From the NCBI GenBank assembly GCA_964514135.1, contig CAZEPL010000003.1:6549-70548 (forward strand): a DNA stretch of 64,000 bases, given 5' to 3'. This DNA is from an uncultured Spirochaetaceae bacterium. Lineage in GTDB: Bacteria; Spirochaetota; Spirochaetia; SZUA-6; RPPD01. The position numbers and the translations under genes were made by a program. The stretch's first letter is position 1; every line of letters begins with the position of its first letter. Positions 1-9,042 of the stretch are shown here, one piece after another. A model generated the notes under the pieces. It worked only from the letters and a program-made list of their open reading frames with translations. It ran no database searches and was not told where the DNA came from.

Positions 1-4
1 TAAC

Positions 5-1147
5 TTGCGGACTATGGCAGTCGAAACGCTTTGGAAAACAGAGCATAAGATTGAGGCTGAATACATCATAAAAGCCAACCGCCTATTCAGAGAGGTCAGC
101 TGGATTGGCCAAGACCTTATTACCTCGTTTGATATAGGCAAATTGAAGCAGGTTTTAATTGCATCCCTTCCCAGTTTGGGGATTAAGCGCTTTTATGTAA
201 CCGGATTCACCCGCCAGGATAATGACACGGCATTCAGCCGTTTCATAGAGGCCTTCGAATGGGGAAAAATCCGTCATGATCTTCTACGTAAAGAGGAAAT
301 GGAAACCAAGTTTATTATACCTCTCTGCTTCAAAGTACAAGAAAATAAAGAATGCCTTATTATTATGCCCCTGTTTGTTCAAACTGAAAAACTGGGTTTT
401 CTTATACTGGAACACAGCAGTATCGAAGGCCCAATTTATGAAAATCTGGCCATTCAGGTGAGCAACGCATTAAAAGGCGTAAAACTTGTGGAAAAGCTTT
501 CCCAACAAGCTGAATCTCTATCCGCGTCCAATAAGGAAAAGGAGCTTCTTCTTAAGGAAGTACACCATAGAGTAAAAAATAATATGCAGGTAATAAATAG
601 TCTTTTGAATCTGCAAAGCCGCCAGTCCCACAATAAGGATACGGCTCATCACTTCAAAGCCATTCAAAATAGAATAAAGTCCATGTCTATAATTCATGAA
701 CACCTCTATAAAAGCAAGGATTTGACAAGACTCAATCTCAGACATTATTTACAAGAACTTGTAGAAAGTCTTAAAATGTCTTATTCAATTAATAACACTG
801 TAATTACAAAGGTAGATTCGGAGGAAATTTATATACCACTTGAAAAGGCCATTCCACTCGGGCTTGTGGTAAACGAACTTGTATCGAATTCTTTAAAGCA
901 TGCCTTTCCTCCGGAATATAAAAATAAATCTGCCAAAATAGAAGTTATATGCTGCCGTGCTAAAGACAATAAATTGTTCTTAAGTGTACAGGACAACGGT
1001 ATAGGCTTGGGCAAAGGATTTGACATGCGCAATACCGCATCTCTGGGCATGCAAATCGTATATAGCATAATAGAAAACCAATTGGATGGAAACCTCGACC
1101 TTGTACATGATCAGGGCCCTCATTTTAAGATGCTTATACCCCTTTAA
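5..1147 (+). CDS. Sensor histidine kinase, HisKA_2/HWE-type, with a GAF-like N-terminal sensor; N-terminus cut by the window edge
   Basis: The motif HHRVKNNMQVINSLLNLQSRQS (H-box of HisKA_2) precedes an HATPase_c-like C-terminus (NELVSNSLKHAF...DNGIGL). The ORF runs from the window edge. Confidence 0.7.
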   Translation: MRTMAVETLWKTEHKIEAEYIIKANRLFREVSWIGQDLITSFDIGKLKQVLIASLPSLGIKRFYVTGFTRQDNDTAFSRFIEAFEWGKIRHDLLRKEEMETKFIIPLCFKVQENKECLIIMPLFVQTEKLGFLILEHSSIEGPIYENLAIQVSNALKGVKLVEKLSQQAESLSASNKEKELLLKEVHHRVKNNMQVINSLLNLQSRQSHNKDTAHHFKAIQNRIKSMSIIHEHLYKSKDLTRLNLRHYLQELVESLKMSYSINNTVITKVDSEEIYIPLEKAIPLGLVVNELVSNSLKHAFPPEYKNKSAKIEVICCRAKDNKLFLSVQDNGIGLGKGFDMRNTASLGMQIVYSIIENQLDGNLDLVHDQGPHFKMLIPL

Positions 1148-1444
1148 GCTTCAGTAGTATTTCAACACTTATGTTTTTCAGATTATACACCCGTACGTTT
1201 TTAATCATTTAAGTAGTTTTTTAATATACCTATAATTAAGTACTGGACGCTTTAATGTAAAATATATATGCTTTTTTTAATTAATGGAATACCTCCCATT
1301 AGGGCGAACAGGATTACAAGTATCTCAGCTTTGTCTCGGGACGATGTCGTTTGCTAAAGAAGCATGAGAAAACATATTATGAGATTACTGGCCGTTTAGA
1401 AGAAAGAAGCGGTATTGAATATTAAGGTGAAAAATAGATAAAAA

Positions 1445-2464
1445 ATGCTCAGCCATAAAACTCAAATTTATCTCCTCATCTGTATTTCTACAATACTTGT
1501 AAGTCTATATGGTTCCAATAATGATGCATTAGATAACGAACCGATGCATGATTCAGTTTTAGCAAAAACTCTCTATTTAAACGCTGTAGGAACAGTTGCC
1601 GATATGCGTTTCAAAAGTTCTTATATTGACTCTAACGGTGCTGTGGGAACGAATCAAGTTAGCTGGTCCAATCTCGCCATTCAAGTAGAGGCAGCATATT
1701 TGGGCTCTATTGTTGCCATAAGAAATAATGATTATGATCTGGCCAATAGATGTTTAAAGACTGTAGAATTTGCTTTGAGCCATCAAAACAACAACGGAAC
1801 TTTTACAGGTAGCAGCGCAAAAGATAAAGCACGCTTTATTGTACTCAGCTGTGCTGCACTTACCTTTTTAGAAAAAAGTATGTGGACAGACAAATTTGTA
1901 GATAGAATTAATTATGTTGTCAGCAAGTTTCATAAGATAGCATTGTGGGTAAAGGATCACTCTGCTAGTGAGCCAGCGATTCATAATACAAATATCAAAG
2001 CAGCAGTAGCATTGGTTTTACTAAAAGTTGGCTTTAAAGTGGATAATGATGAATTGTTTAAAGAGGGCGAAAGCTATTTAAAACAAGTTTTTGTCAATCA
2101 AGACAATTGTGGTTTTTATCTAGAAGAAGGCGGTTGGGATTCAAGTTACCAAATGGTCACCTGCTTTTTATTATATTCTATATATATCGCCGTTTTTTTT
2201 GAGGTCGAAAGGCAAACACAAATTATAAAATCATTAGAGTTAGCCTATGAATGGGAAAAGCAAAGAATAGATAAAAACAGCGGAAAAATCGATGGCACAG
2301 GCAACACCAGAACTGCGAATGAAATTGCAAAATCGCCGGAAAGCAAGTCAATTAATTATTTTGAAGCAACTTTGTCACTGGCCTATTTATATTCCCTTGG
2401 TTTTGAACAAGCAGATATCTATGCAGATTCCGTTGCTCGGTATTTAGTGGAAAATGTAAACTAA
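1445..2464 (+). CDS. Hypothetical exported protein with an N-terminal signal/TM segment
   Basis: The ORF is 339 aa with a hydrophobic N-terminus (IYLLICISTILVSLYG). No family is recognisable by eye. Confidence 0.35.
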   Translation: MLSHKTQIYLLICISTILVSLYGSNNDALDNEPMHDSVLAKTLYLNAVGTVADMRFKSSYIDSNGAVGTNQVSWSNLAIQVEAAYLGSIVAIRNNDYDLANRCLKTVEFALSHQNNNGTFTGSSAKDKARFIVLSCAALTFLEKSMWTDKFVDRINYVVSKFHKIALWVKDHSASEPAIHNTNIKAAVALVLLKVGFKVDNDELFKEGESYLKQVFVNQDNCGFYLEEGGWDSSYQMVTCFLLYSIYIAVFFEVERQTQIIKSLELAYEWEKQRIDKNSGKIDGTGNTRTANEIAKSPESKSINYFEATLSLAYLYSLGFEQADIYADSVARYLVENVN

Positions 2465-2633
2465 TTATTCTAAAATCAGAGGTCAAATAAAAAATAATCT
2501 TTCAATCTTTCTGTTAGCTCACATTAATATTATTAGCTTTATCGAATTTTAATATTGAACATGATTTTTTTATCAACACTTGACAATATTCCCCTTGTCG
2601 AATAGGGTATGGAGAAATTTAGTGGAGGAAACT

Positions 2634-3524
2634 ATGCATTTACTAAAGACTATTGCTTTTCTTTCTATATTTTTACTATTAATTACACTCTCCTGCGGCG
2701 GAGAAGGTTCGGAGTATAAAAAGATGGAACAAGACAAAGAAAAAAGCGACAGCTCTTATTCACCGCAAGAAAAAGGCCTGTACGCCTTTTTTTATACAAG
2801 TAAAGGAGAATTTGTAGTAAAGCTGTTCGACAAAAAGACACCCAAAACAGTTGAAAATTTTACAGGATTGGCAATGGGCACAAAAGAGTGGATAGAGCCT
2901 TCTACCGGGCAAAAGCTTAAAAAGCCCTTCTATAACGGTCTCATATTTCATAGAGTGATCAAAGACTTTATGATTCAAGGCGGATGTCCTTTAGGCAGCG
3001 GAACAGGCGGACCAGGTTACAAATTCGAAGACGAATGCTTTACGCAGGGATCAGAACTAAAGGGTAAAATTGGGGATGAAACCACAGCCATACAGGTCTG
3101 GAACTTTATAATTGTACCTTATGCTCAGGCCCATAACGGTGATGTACCCGATAAGGATATTAAAGCTGTAATCAAGCGCGTTGTTAACGAACAGAGTGTA
3201 CGACCCCTCATAGATAAGACCGTAGAATATTTCAAAGACAAAATCGGCATAACGGAAAAGGGGTACGGCATGGAGCTTGTTCATCCCGTAGATTATGCTA
3301 CGCTCTGTATGGCCAATTCCGGTCCGAATACAAACGGATCCCAGTTTTTTATTGTAACAAAGAAAGAAGGCTGTTCCTGGCTCAACGGTAAACATACGGT
3401 ATTCGGAAAAGTTGTCCATGGTAGGGAAACAGTGCATGCCATAGAAAATGCAGCCACAGGGAACCAGGATAAGCCTCTGGAGGATGTGGTTATACTACGG
3501 ATTGAGATTAAAAGAGTGGAATAG
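2634..3524 (+). CDS. Peptidyl-prolyl cis-trans isomerase, cyclophilin type, probable lipoprotein
   Basis: Cyclophilin motifs are present: FHRVIKDFMIQGGCP and GKHTVFGKVVHG. GGAGG lies 6 nt upstream of the ATG at 2634. The signal peptide ends in LSCGG. An upstream -35 TTGACA sits at 2579. Confidence 0.85.
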   Translation: MHLLKTIAFLSIFLLLITLSCGGEGSEYKKMEQDKEKSDSSYSPQEKGLYAFFYTSKGEFVVKLFDKKTPKTVENFTGLAMGTKEWIEPSTGQKLKKPFYNGLIFHRVIKDFMIQGGCPLGSGTGGPGYKFEDECFTQGSELKGKIGDETTAIQVWNFIIVPYAQAHNGDVPDKDIKAVIKRVVNEQSVRPLIDKTVEYFKDKIGITEKGYGMELVHPVDYATLCMANSGPNTNGSQFFIVTKKEGCSWLNGKHTVFGKVVHGRETVHAIENAATGNQDKPLEDVVILRIEIKRVE

Positions 3525-3600
3525 CCAAAGGAGCATAGGATTTTTATACAACAGCCAGTTCTTAAAAAAGCTGTGCATACACCGCGGATTATTTCTCTCT

Positions 3601-4914
3601 TCACTCATGTTCGGGAGCGGTCTTAAGCCTTTGGTAATTGGTGGCTTTTTCCAGGCCCTCAACACGATATTTTGACCTGCCGTTTATAATCTCGGCCAGC
3701 TTAATTTCCGGAATCAGATTAAAAAAAACAGGATAGAGAAACTCATCATATGATTTAAAATTGATAAGATGTTGTTTCAGGGCATGGTTTTTGCGGACTG
3801 TTTCAAACAGCGGAGTGCCCGGGTAAATTCTATAATAAGAGTTCACACCAACGGTAGCAACAGGCTGGTCATCAAGGAAATCAATGACAGCTTTGGCCTG
3901 GGCAGGGTCTTCTCCCGGAGCACCTACAGAAAGGTCTACGGCTACCTTGATGTGATACAGGGAAGCCAGCCGGAAAAACTGCTCAAGTCGTGACAGTGAA
4001 CCTGTCCTCATACAGGGAGTATCCAGGCTTAAAGTAAGAGACTTGGCCCCTGATTCTTTTAAACGGCTAAAAAGCTCTTCGGAAAACGGTTCGGGCTTCA
4101 TGTAAAGAGACCAGTTGATGCTGCCCGCCTGCTCCACTATAGCTTTACACACAGCAATACAGTGCTCAAGCTGTTGATTGAACTCACTGTCACACAAATG
4201 AAAATCATTAAAGCCCATAGCCTTTAATTCAGCGAGCTCTTTTCCCGTGGCCTCCGGCGGATGAAAAACCAGCCGCTTTCTAGCTTCAACACAGAAGAAA
4301 CAGTTTTCCGTACATCCCATCTGTGTACGAAAGCCTACAATACCCTCTTTTTCAAGGTACGGCGTATAATCCACTGCTTTTTTTCTGGGAAAGGAAAATC
4401 CATCCGGGATGTCAAATCCGTTCCATATACTGTCCACAGGCTTCTCTTTCTCTACAGCATCCAATAGACGGGGCAGGGCTTTCTCTCCAGGACCGACAAC
4501 TCCCCAATCCGCTCCAGTATACTGCAAAACGGCTTCCGGCATTATGGAGAATCCCGAGCCGCCCAGAATAACTTTGAGTCCGTGTTTCTTACAGCAGCTG
4601 ACATAATCTCTTATCTGATCCAGAAAAAACTCGTTGTTCTGATAGAGTACCGTATCTATCTGGCGGATAGTAAGCCCTGCGACACCGGGATTGCTTTTCA
4701 TAATCGCAGCATCAATCTCGCTCTGCGGATCGGAAGAAAAACAGAGGTCAAGCACAGTGCAGTCATGCCCGGACTGTTCCATGGCCCCGGCCAGATATTC
4801 AAGACCAAGCGGAATAACAGGAGGAAAATGATAGCGATTAGGGTTTATTAATAAAAGATGCATGTTCAATACTACCCTATAAAAAGTATCAAGACCATAG
4901 ACAATCAACTTCAA
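3601..4914 (-). CDS. B12-binding-domain radical SAM protein
   Basis: A cobalamin-binding-like N-terminal domain is followed by a CxxxCxxC cluster (GCTENCFFC) typical of the radical SAM superfamily. The true start may be the internal Met (MHLLLINP). Confidence 0.75.
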   Translation of the reverse strand: MKLIVYGLDTFYRVVLNMHLLLINPNRYHFPPVIPLGLEYLAGAMEQSGHDCTVLDLCFSSDPQSEIDAAIMKSNPGVAGLTIRQIDTVLYQNNEFFLDQIRDYVSCCKKHGLKVILGGSGFSIMPEAVLQYTGADWGVVGPGEKALPRLLDAVEKEKPVDSIWNGFDIPDGFSFPRKKAVDYTPYLEKEGIVGFRTQMGCTENCFFCVEARKRLVFHPPEATGKELAELKAMGFNDFHLCDSEFNQQLEHCIAVCKAIVEQAGSINWSLYMKPEPFSEELFSRLKESGAKSLTLSLDTPCMRTGSLSRLEQFFRLASLYHIKVAVDLSVGAPGEDPAQAKAVIDFLDDQPVATVGVNSYYRIYPGTPLFETVRKNHALKQHLINFKSYDEFLYPVFFNLIPEIKLAEIINGRSKYRVEGLEKATNYQRLKTAPEHE

Positions 4915-5045
4915 TGGAGGTATGTTTTTAGGATCTTAATTCTAGATCGCTTATAAAACAGGTAAAAGACTGTGGGGGTTTTTGTAGGGCTTAAGGTGCC
5001 GCTTCGCGTCCGGCACAGTGTTACTTTTATCAACATGTCTGCAAT

Positions 5046-5444
5046 TTAATACACATCACTTCCCTGTGGTCCCAGACCCGATTCAATAAAATATTCCCCA
5101 AGAATAAAATTAATACACGTATTTTTATAAGCCGTTCCTTTATATATATCGCTTATTTTAATTTTGATATTTTCTACTTCCTGATTAAATTCAATAACCT
5201 GTATCCCTGCCGTATCACTTAATTCAAATTCTACTAATTTATCATTTGTATCAGCATCAAAGATTATAATTGACTTTAGCCGAGAATTTTTTAAAAAAAG
5301 ATCCGGTTTATTGTAACAAATATAGCCATTTGAAATAATTAATCTATTAATAGCGGCCTCAAATTTTATGTATATATATTCATTAATCGCATAGCGAGCG
5401 CCGGCGTTTGCCCACGATTTTTTTAACTCCATGTAAATACCCAT
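5046..5444 (-). CDS. Hypothetical protein
   Basis: The ORF is 132 aa. The in-frame upstream stretch reaches about 5580 without a canonical start codon. Confidence 0.3.
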   Translation of the reverse strand: MGIYMELKKSWANAGARYAINEYIYIKFEAAINRLIISNGYICYNKPDLFLKNSRLKSIIIFDADTNDKLVEFELSDTAGIQVIEFNQEVENIKIKISDIYKGTAYKNTCINFILGEYFIESGLGPQGSDVY

Positions 5445-5600
5445 ATTCGCAGGAGAATAATGTATGCTGCCTTCTACTAAATAAGAAGTTGCAGAGTATT
5501 GGCCGTTTACGAATTGAAATGAATTATCGGGCGTTGGGAAATATCCTTCATATAAAAGGCTGTCGTCATCTCCATATATGAATCACCACTTGCTTTCTAT

Positions 5601-6341
5601 TTAATCCAACTCAAAACTTACGGACACAGTCTCTTTTATGGAAATCTGGCCCAGTGCAATGGTTGCCATATCCACTGTATCTTGGGTGTTTGTGTTTACC
5701 GCAACATTAGTTAATAAATAACTATCCCGGTGCAGCCAATTTCTTTCGGGCTGCCATTCACTTATAACGTGAGGACGGCCTGCTCTTTGTCCGAGTCCCT
5801 GCGCCATTGTAAGTGCTTTTTGTTGTGCCGCATTTAATGCCAAGGAGCGAGCCTGTTCCCTGAATTCGCTTAATTTTGTGGTGCGGAACTGGATATGATA
5901 GACATAATTGATCCCTGTTTTCAGCAGTTCGCATAATAATTCTTCAAACTGATCGATCTTTGTCAGGGTAATTGAAATTCTTTTATATACATTATATCCC
6001 TCAATATTCCTTGTGCCATGACTGTAGCTGTCGGCATAATCGGGTACCACATTCAAGTAATCCGTCATTATGTGTTTGGGTTCAATATTAAATTGTTTAG
6101 CTACCTGTTTAACCTTTTTTACAATGCTGTCATTTTCCTCTCTGGCTTTTTGTACCGACTTGTGCCATGTGCCTGCTCCCACACAAAAGATAATCTGGTC
6201 GGGCACTACCTTTACCTCGGCTTCTCCTACCACGGAAATGAGCCGCGGCTCGTCTGATTGATTACCTTTGGATGAAACGGTGAAAATAAATCCCAATAAA
6301 ACCATACCTGCGATTATTATCTTGGATGTATTGTCTTTCAT
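5601..6341 (-). CDS. SIMPL/DUF541-like periplasmic protein (BP26/OMP28 family)
   Basis: A signal peptide is followed by ISVVGEAEVKVVPDQIIFCVGAGT, which matches the DUF541 N-terminal pattern. Confidence 0.5.
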   Translation of the reverse strand: MKDNTSKIIIAGMVLLGFIFTVSSKGNQSDEPRLISVVGEAEVKVVPDQIIFCVGAGTWHKSVQKAREENDSIVKKVKQVAKQFNIEPKHIMTDYLNVVPDYADSYSHGTRNIEGYNVYKRISITLTKIDQFEELLCELLKTGINYVYHIQFRTTKLSEFREQARSLALNAAQQKALTMAQGLGQRAGRPHVISEWQPERNWLHRDSYLLTNVAVNTNTQDTVDMATIALGQISIKETVSVSFELD

Positions 6342-6489
6342 ATATACCTCCTAAAGTAGAATGAATTATCTATTTAAGGATTATGATATGAATTGAAACT
6401 AGAGTTGTTATAAAAAGGTAAAAAAATGTAAAAAGGTGTAAATAGCTACATGATTGGATTATTTTACATATTATCTACTCATTTGCTTT

Positions 6490-6760
6490 GTATTGGATAT
6501 TGGCAGATAAATAAAGCTGCCTTCTTCATCATACCCGCCTTCTAATAGTATTCCATGCCAGTGAGGATGAAATCGAGCGAAGTCACCTGCTGTATGATAG
6601 GACAGGATCAAACCAGTTTTGATATTAAGCACAGAATATCATAGCTAAATAGATTCTGTCCGGTGAGATAAAGGAAGGCAATACCGTGGTTATAGAGAGA
6701 GTAAAAGATAATTTCGCCGTGAAAAAGGGGTAGTACATGATTTCACCCTTGGTATATATA
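6490..6760 (-). mobile_element. Degenerate IS91-family (Y2 HUH rolling-circle transposase) gene remnant
   Basis: The minus-strand translation LSYHTAGDFARFHPHWHGILLEGGYDEEGSF matches the IS91 HUH motif region (HTWG..L..HPHxHxLV.GGG). The reading is broken by a frameshift and there is no intact ORF. Confidence 0.45.
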
Positions 6761-6767
6761 CTAATTA

Positions 6768-7677
6768 TTACTTTAATCTTATCAAATCGTTTTTGGATAC
6801 TCTAAAAAGGTCTCCCTGTTCATTAGAAATGAGTAGTTCTTGATCGTTTAAAAAGCAGATCGCTTCGCATTGTTTGGCATCTATGGGTAACCACAGAACT
6901 GTACCATAAAAAAAATTATCTTCTGTATAATCCTCAAATACCCAAATGGCAGTATAAGTAAGAATTGCCAAGGCTTGGCCTGATAATAGAGCATCAGCTG
7001 ACGTTACTTGTTCATCGCTATTAAACAAAGCTATTAACTCGGGAATATTACACTCATTTTGTTTTGCTGTTAAAGCGGTAGAGTTTAGTATATTTATCGC
7101 CCAGGTGTTTCGTGAGTAGATAGAGTTTGCCTTGTGTAAAAAAGATTGCTTCGCAATCAAAGTTTCTCTTGTTAAGAGGGGGAGGAAACTCATTTTGGTC
7201 TGGATATTTAAAATTATACTTAAAAATCTCTTCTACTACTGTGATCTGATCTGGATCAACTTCCGGTACAACATATATGCAGAGATCCTGACGACTATTG
7301 TCGTTATTTCCACAGTCACCAATTATCAGATTATTGTTACCATCAATTGAAATATCTTCCCAGTCTATGTTAACTGCATGGTCAATCTTTATACCCTGGT
7401 TTATATCGGTGCCAGGTGGGTATTTATCGCTACCATCAAGCTGCACGGCAAATATTCTGGCAATGTCTCCGGAGTCATTATGGGTCCAGATAACATTACT
7501 ATATTGGCGGCTCTTAATAAGTCCTGAGGATTCACTAATGAGATCATTGGCGAATTGGGCAATTGGTTCTAATATAACAGATGTCTCCGCTGGAATATCT
7601 ACACTTTTTAAAGGGGGCAGTGAAACACAACTCTGGAATAAAAAAAATAATAAAGCATATATGTAATATTTTTTCAT
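6768..7677 (-). pseudogene. Lipoprotein, beta-propeller-like, split across two overlapping frames (frameshift)
   Basis: ORFs 7054..7677 and 6768..7193 overlap by 140 nt in different frames. The upstream one has the lipoprotein signal peptide (LFFLFQSCVS), and the downstream one has no credible independent start. Confidence 0.45.
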
Positions 7678-8004
7678 AAATCTATTCGCATCCGATAATA
7701 GATAAAATATAGCCTTAAGTCAAGGAATATTCTTAAGCTACCTATTAAATGATAGCTAAATTTATAATTTCGCTTAAGGAATTTTTTGGAAAAAAGTGGG
7801 AAAATCGAAAAAATTGTGCAAGCATTAGCAAACTAAAAGTAAAAAATCTCTCTTTTAAAAGTCATCAATTTAGACTTTCCAGATCAAAGGTTGGAGGCGA
7901 GCGCCCGTTTTTAACTAAATGACACAATATTCAGGATCTTAAATCTACCTTGTGTAATGTTCTGTTTTTCACTATCATATCCCCGTGTCTAGTGCGCATT
8001 ATTA

Positions 8005-9042
8005 ATGAATATTAACAACAAAAAATTACTATTAATTTTATTTATTACATCTCTTTTATTATCCACATGCGGTAAACACAGACAAACACATGTTTGCTTT
8101 TTTTACTGGCAGCAGAACTTTACTCTCTCCTCCAAGCAGCTTAAGTACCTTGAAAAATTAAATACAGATAAATTATACCTTAAATTCTTTGATGTGGATT
8201 GGGATGAAACTGTGAAAGATGCGGTCCCGCTTGCCAAGATTCACTTTAAGACGGGAGTACCTGCTGACATTGATATTATACCCTGTGTTTTTATAACCAA
8301 TAGAGCTTTGGAAAAGATAACCTCTCATGACATCCCACTCATGGCTCAGAGGATTGTCACTCTTTTAAAAACACTTCAAAACACATATAACATTAATCAC
8401 TTGAGCAAACTGCAGGTCGACTGCGACTGGACACTAAGCACAAAGCAAAAATATTTCGCTCTTTTAAAGCAGATAAAAAGTCTCGAAGGACAATTAACAC
8501 TCTCGGCCACCATTCGACTGCACCAGGTTAAATATTCCGACACAACCGGAATACCCCCTGTTGATAAAGGAGTGTTGATGTTTTACAACATGGCGGATCT
8601 TGACGACATCCAAACCGATAACTCAATTATCGATCTCAGTGCGGGAAGGGATTACCTAGATGATTTGCCCGATTATCCATTGCAGATCGATATCGCCTTA
8701 CCCGCATTTTCCTGGGCTGTTTTGCTGCGGTTCGATAAAGTGACAAAACTAATCCACAATGTAACACTCGATATGCTTGAAAAAATGACACAGTTTGAAC
8801 AAATAGCAAAAAAGCGCTTTAAGGTAAAGCAAAGTTGTTATTTTAACGGGTATTATCTATACAAAGATGATATATTACGCTATGAGGACGTTGAGATGCC
8901 TGTATTACGAGAGGCGGCCGGAATGCTTGCCTCAAAAATTCGTAATCAGGATCTTAATATCATTTTTTTTCATTTAAACACATACTTAATAGAGGAGTAT
9001 TCGTATGAAGAACTGGAAAGTATTATCAATCGTTTTCATTAG
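8005..9042 (+). CDS. Hypothetical lipoprotein
   Basis: The signal peptide carries a lipobox (LLLSTCGK). The 3' end overlaps the next gene by 38 nt. Confidence 0.5.
   Translation: MNINNKKLLLILFITSLLLSTCGKHRQTHVCFFYWQQNFTLSSKQLKYLEKLNTDKLYLKFFDVDWDETVKDAVPLAKIHFKTGVPADIDIIPCVFITNRALEKITSHDIPLMAQRIVTLLKTLQNTYNINHLSKLQVDCDWTLSTKQKYFALLKQIKSLEGQLTLSATIRLHQVKYSDTTGIPPVDKGVLMFYNMADLDDIQTDNSIIDLSAGRDYLDDLPDYPLQIDIALPAFSWAVLLRFDKVTKLIHNVTLDMLEKMTQFEQIAKKRFKVKQSCYFNGYYLYKDDILRYEDVEMPVLREAAGMLASKIRNQDLNIIFFHLNTYLIEEYSYEELESIINRFH

Noticed and set aside
1148-1444. Possible riboswitch or sRNA in the 300-bp leader before gene 1445
   Set aside because: I cannot match it to any known riboswitch consensus by eye. 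It is noted only as an unusually long 5' region.
5005-5045. Hairpin GTGCCG-loop-CGGCAC between the radical SAM gene and the downstream ORF, as a possible terminator
   Set aside because: It has a 6-bp stem only, and no convincing U-run follows on either strand.
7132-7666. Plus-strand ORFs (72 and 122 aa) inside the frameshifted lipoprotein gene, and many other 60-130 aa ORFs antisense to long genes (e.g. 2760-2978, 9435-9689, 25011-25346, 56142-56708)
   Set aside because: They lie fully within larger, well-supported genes on the opposite strand. They have no RBS and low-complexity translations, so they are spurious.
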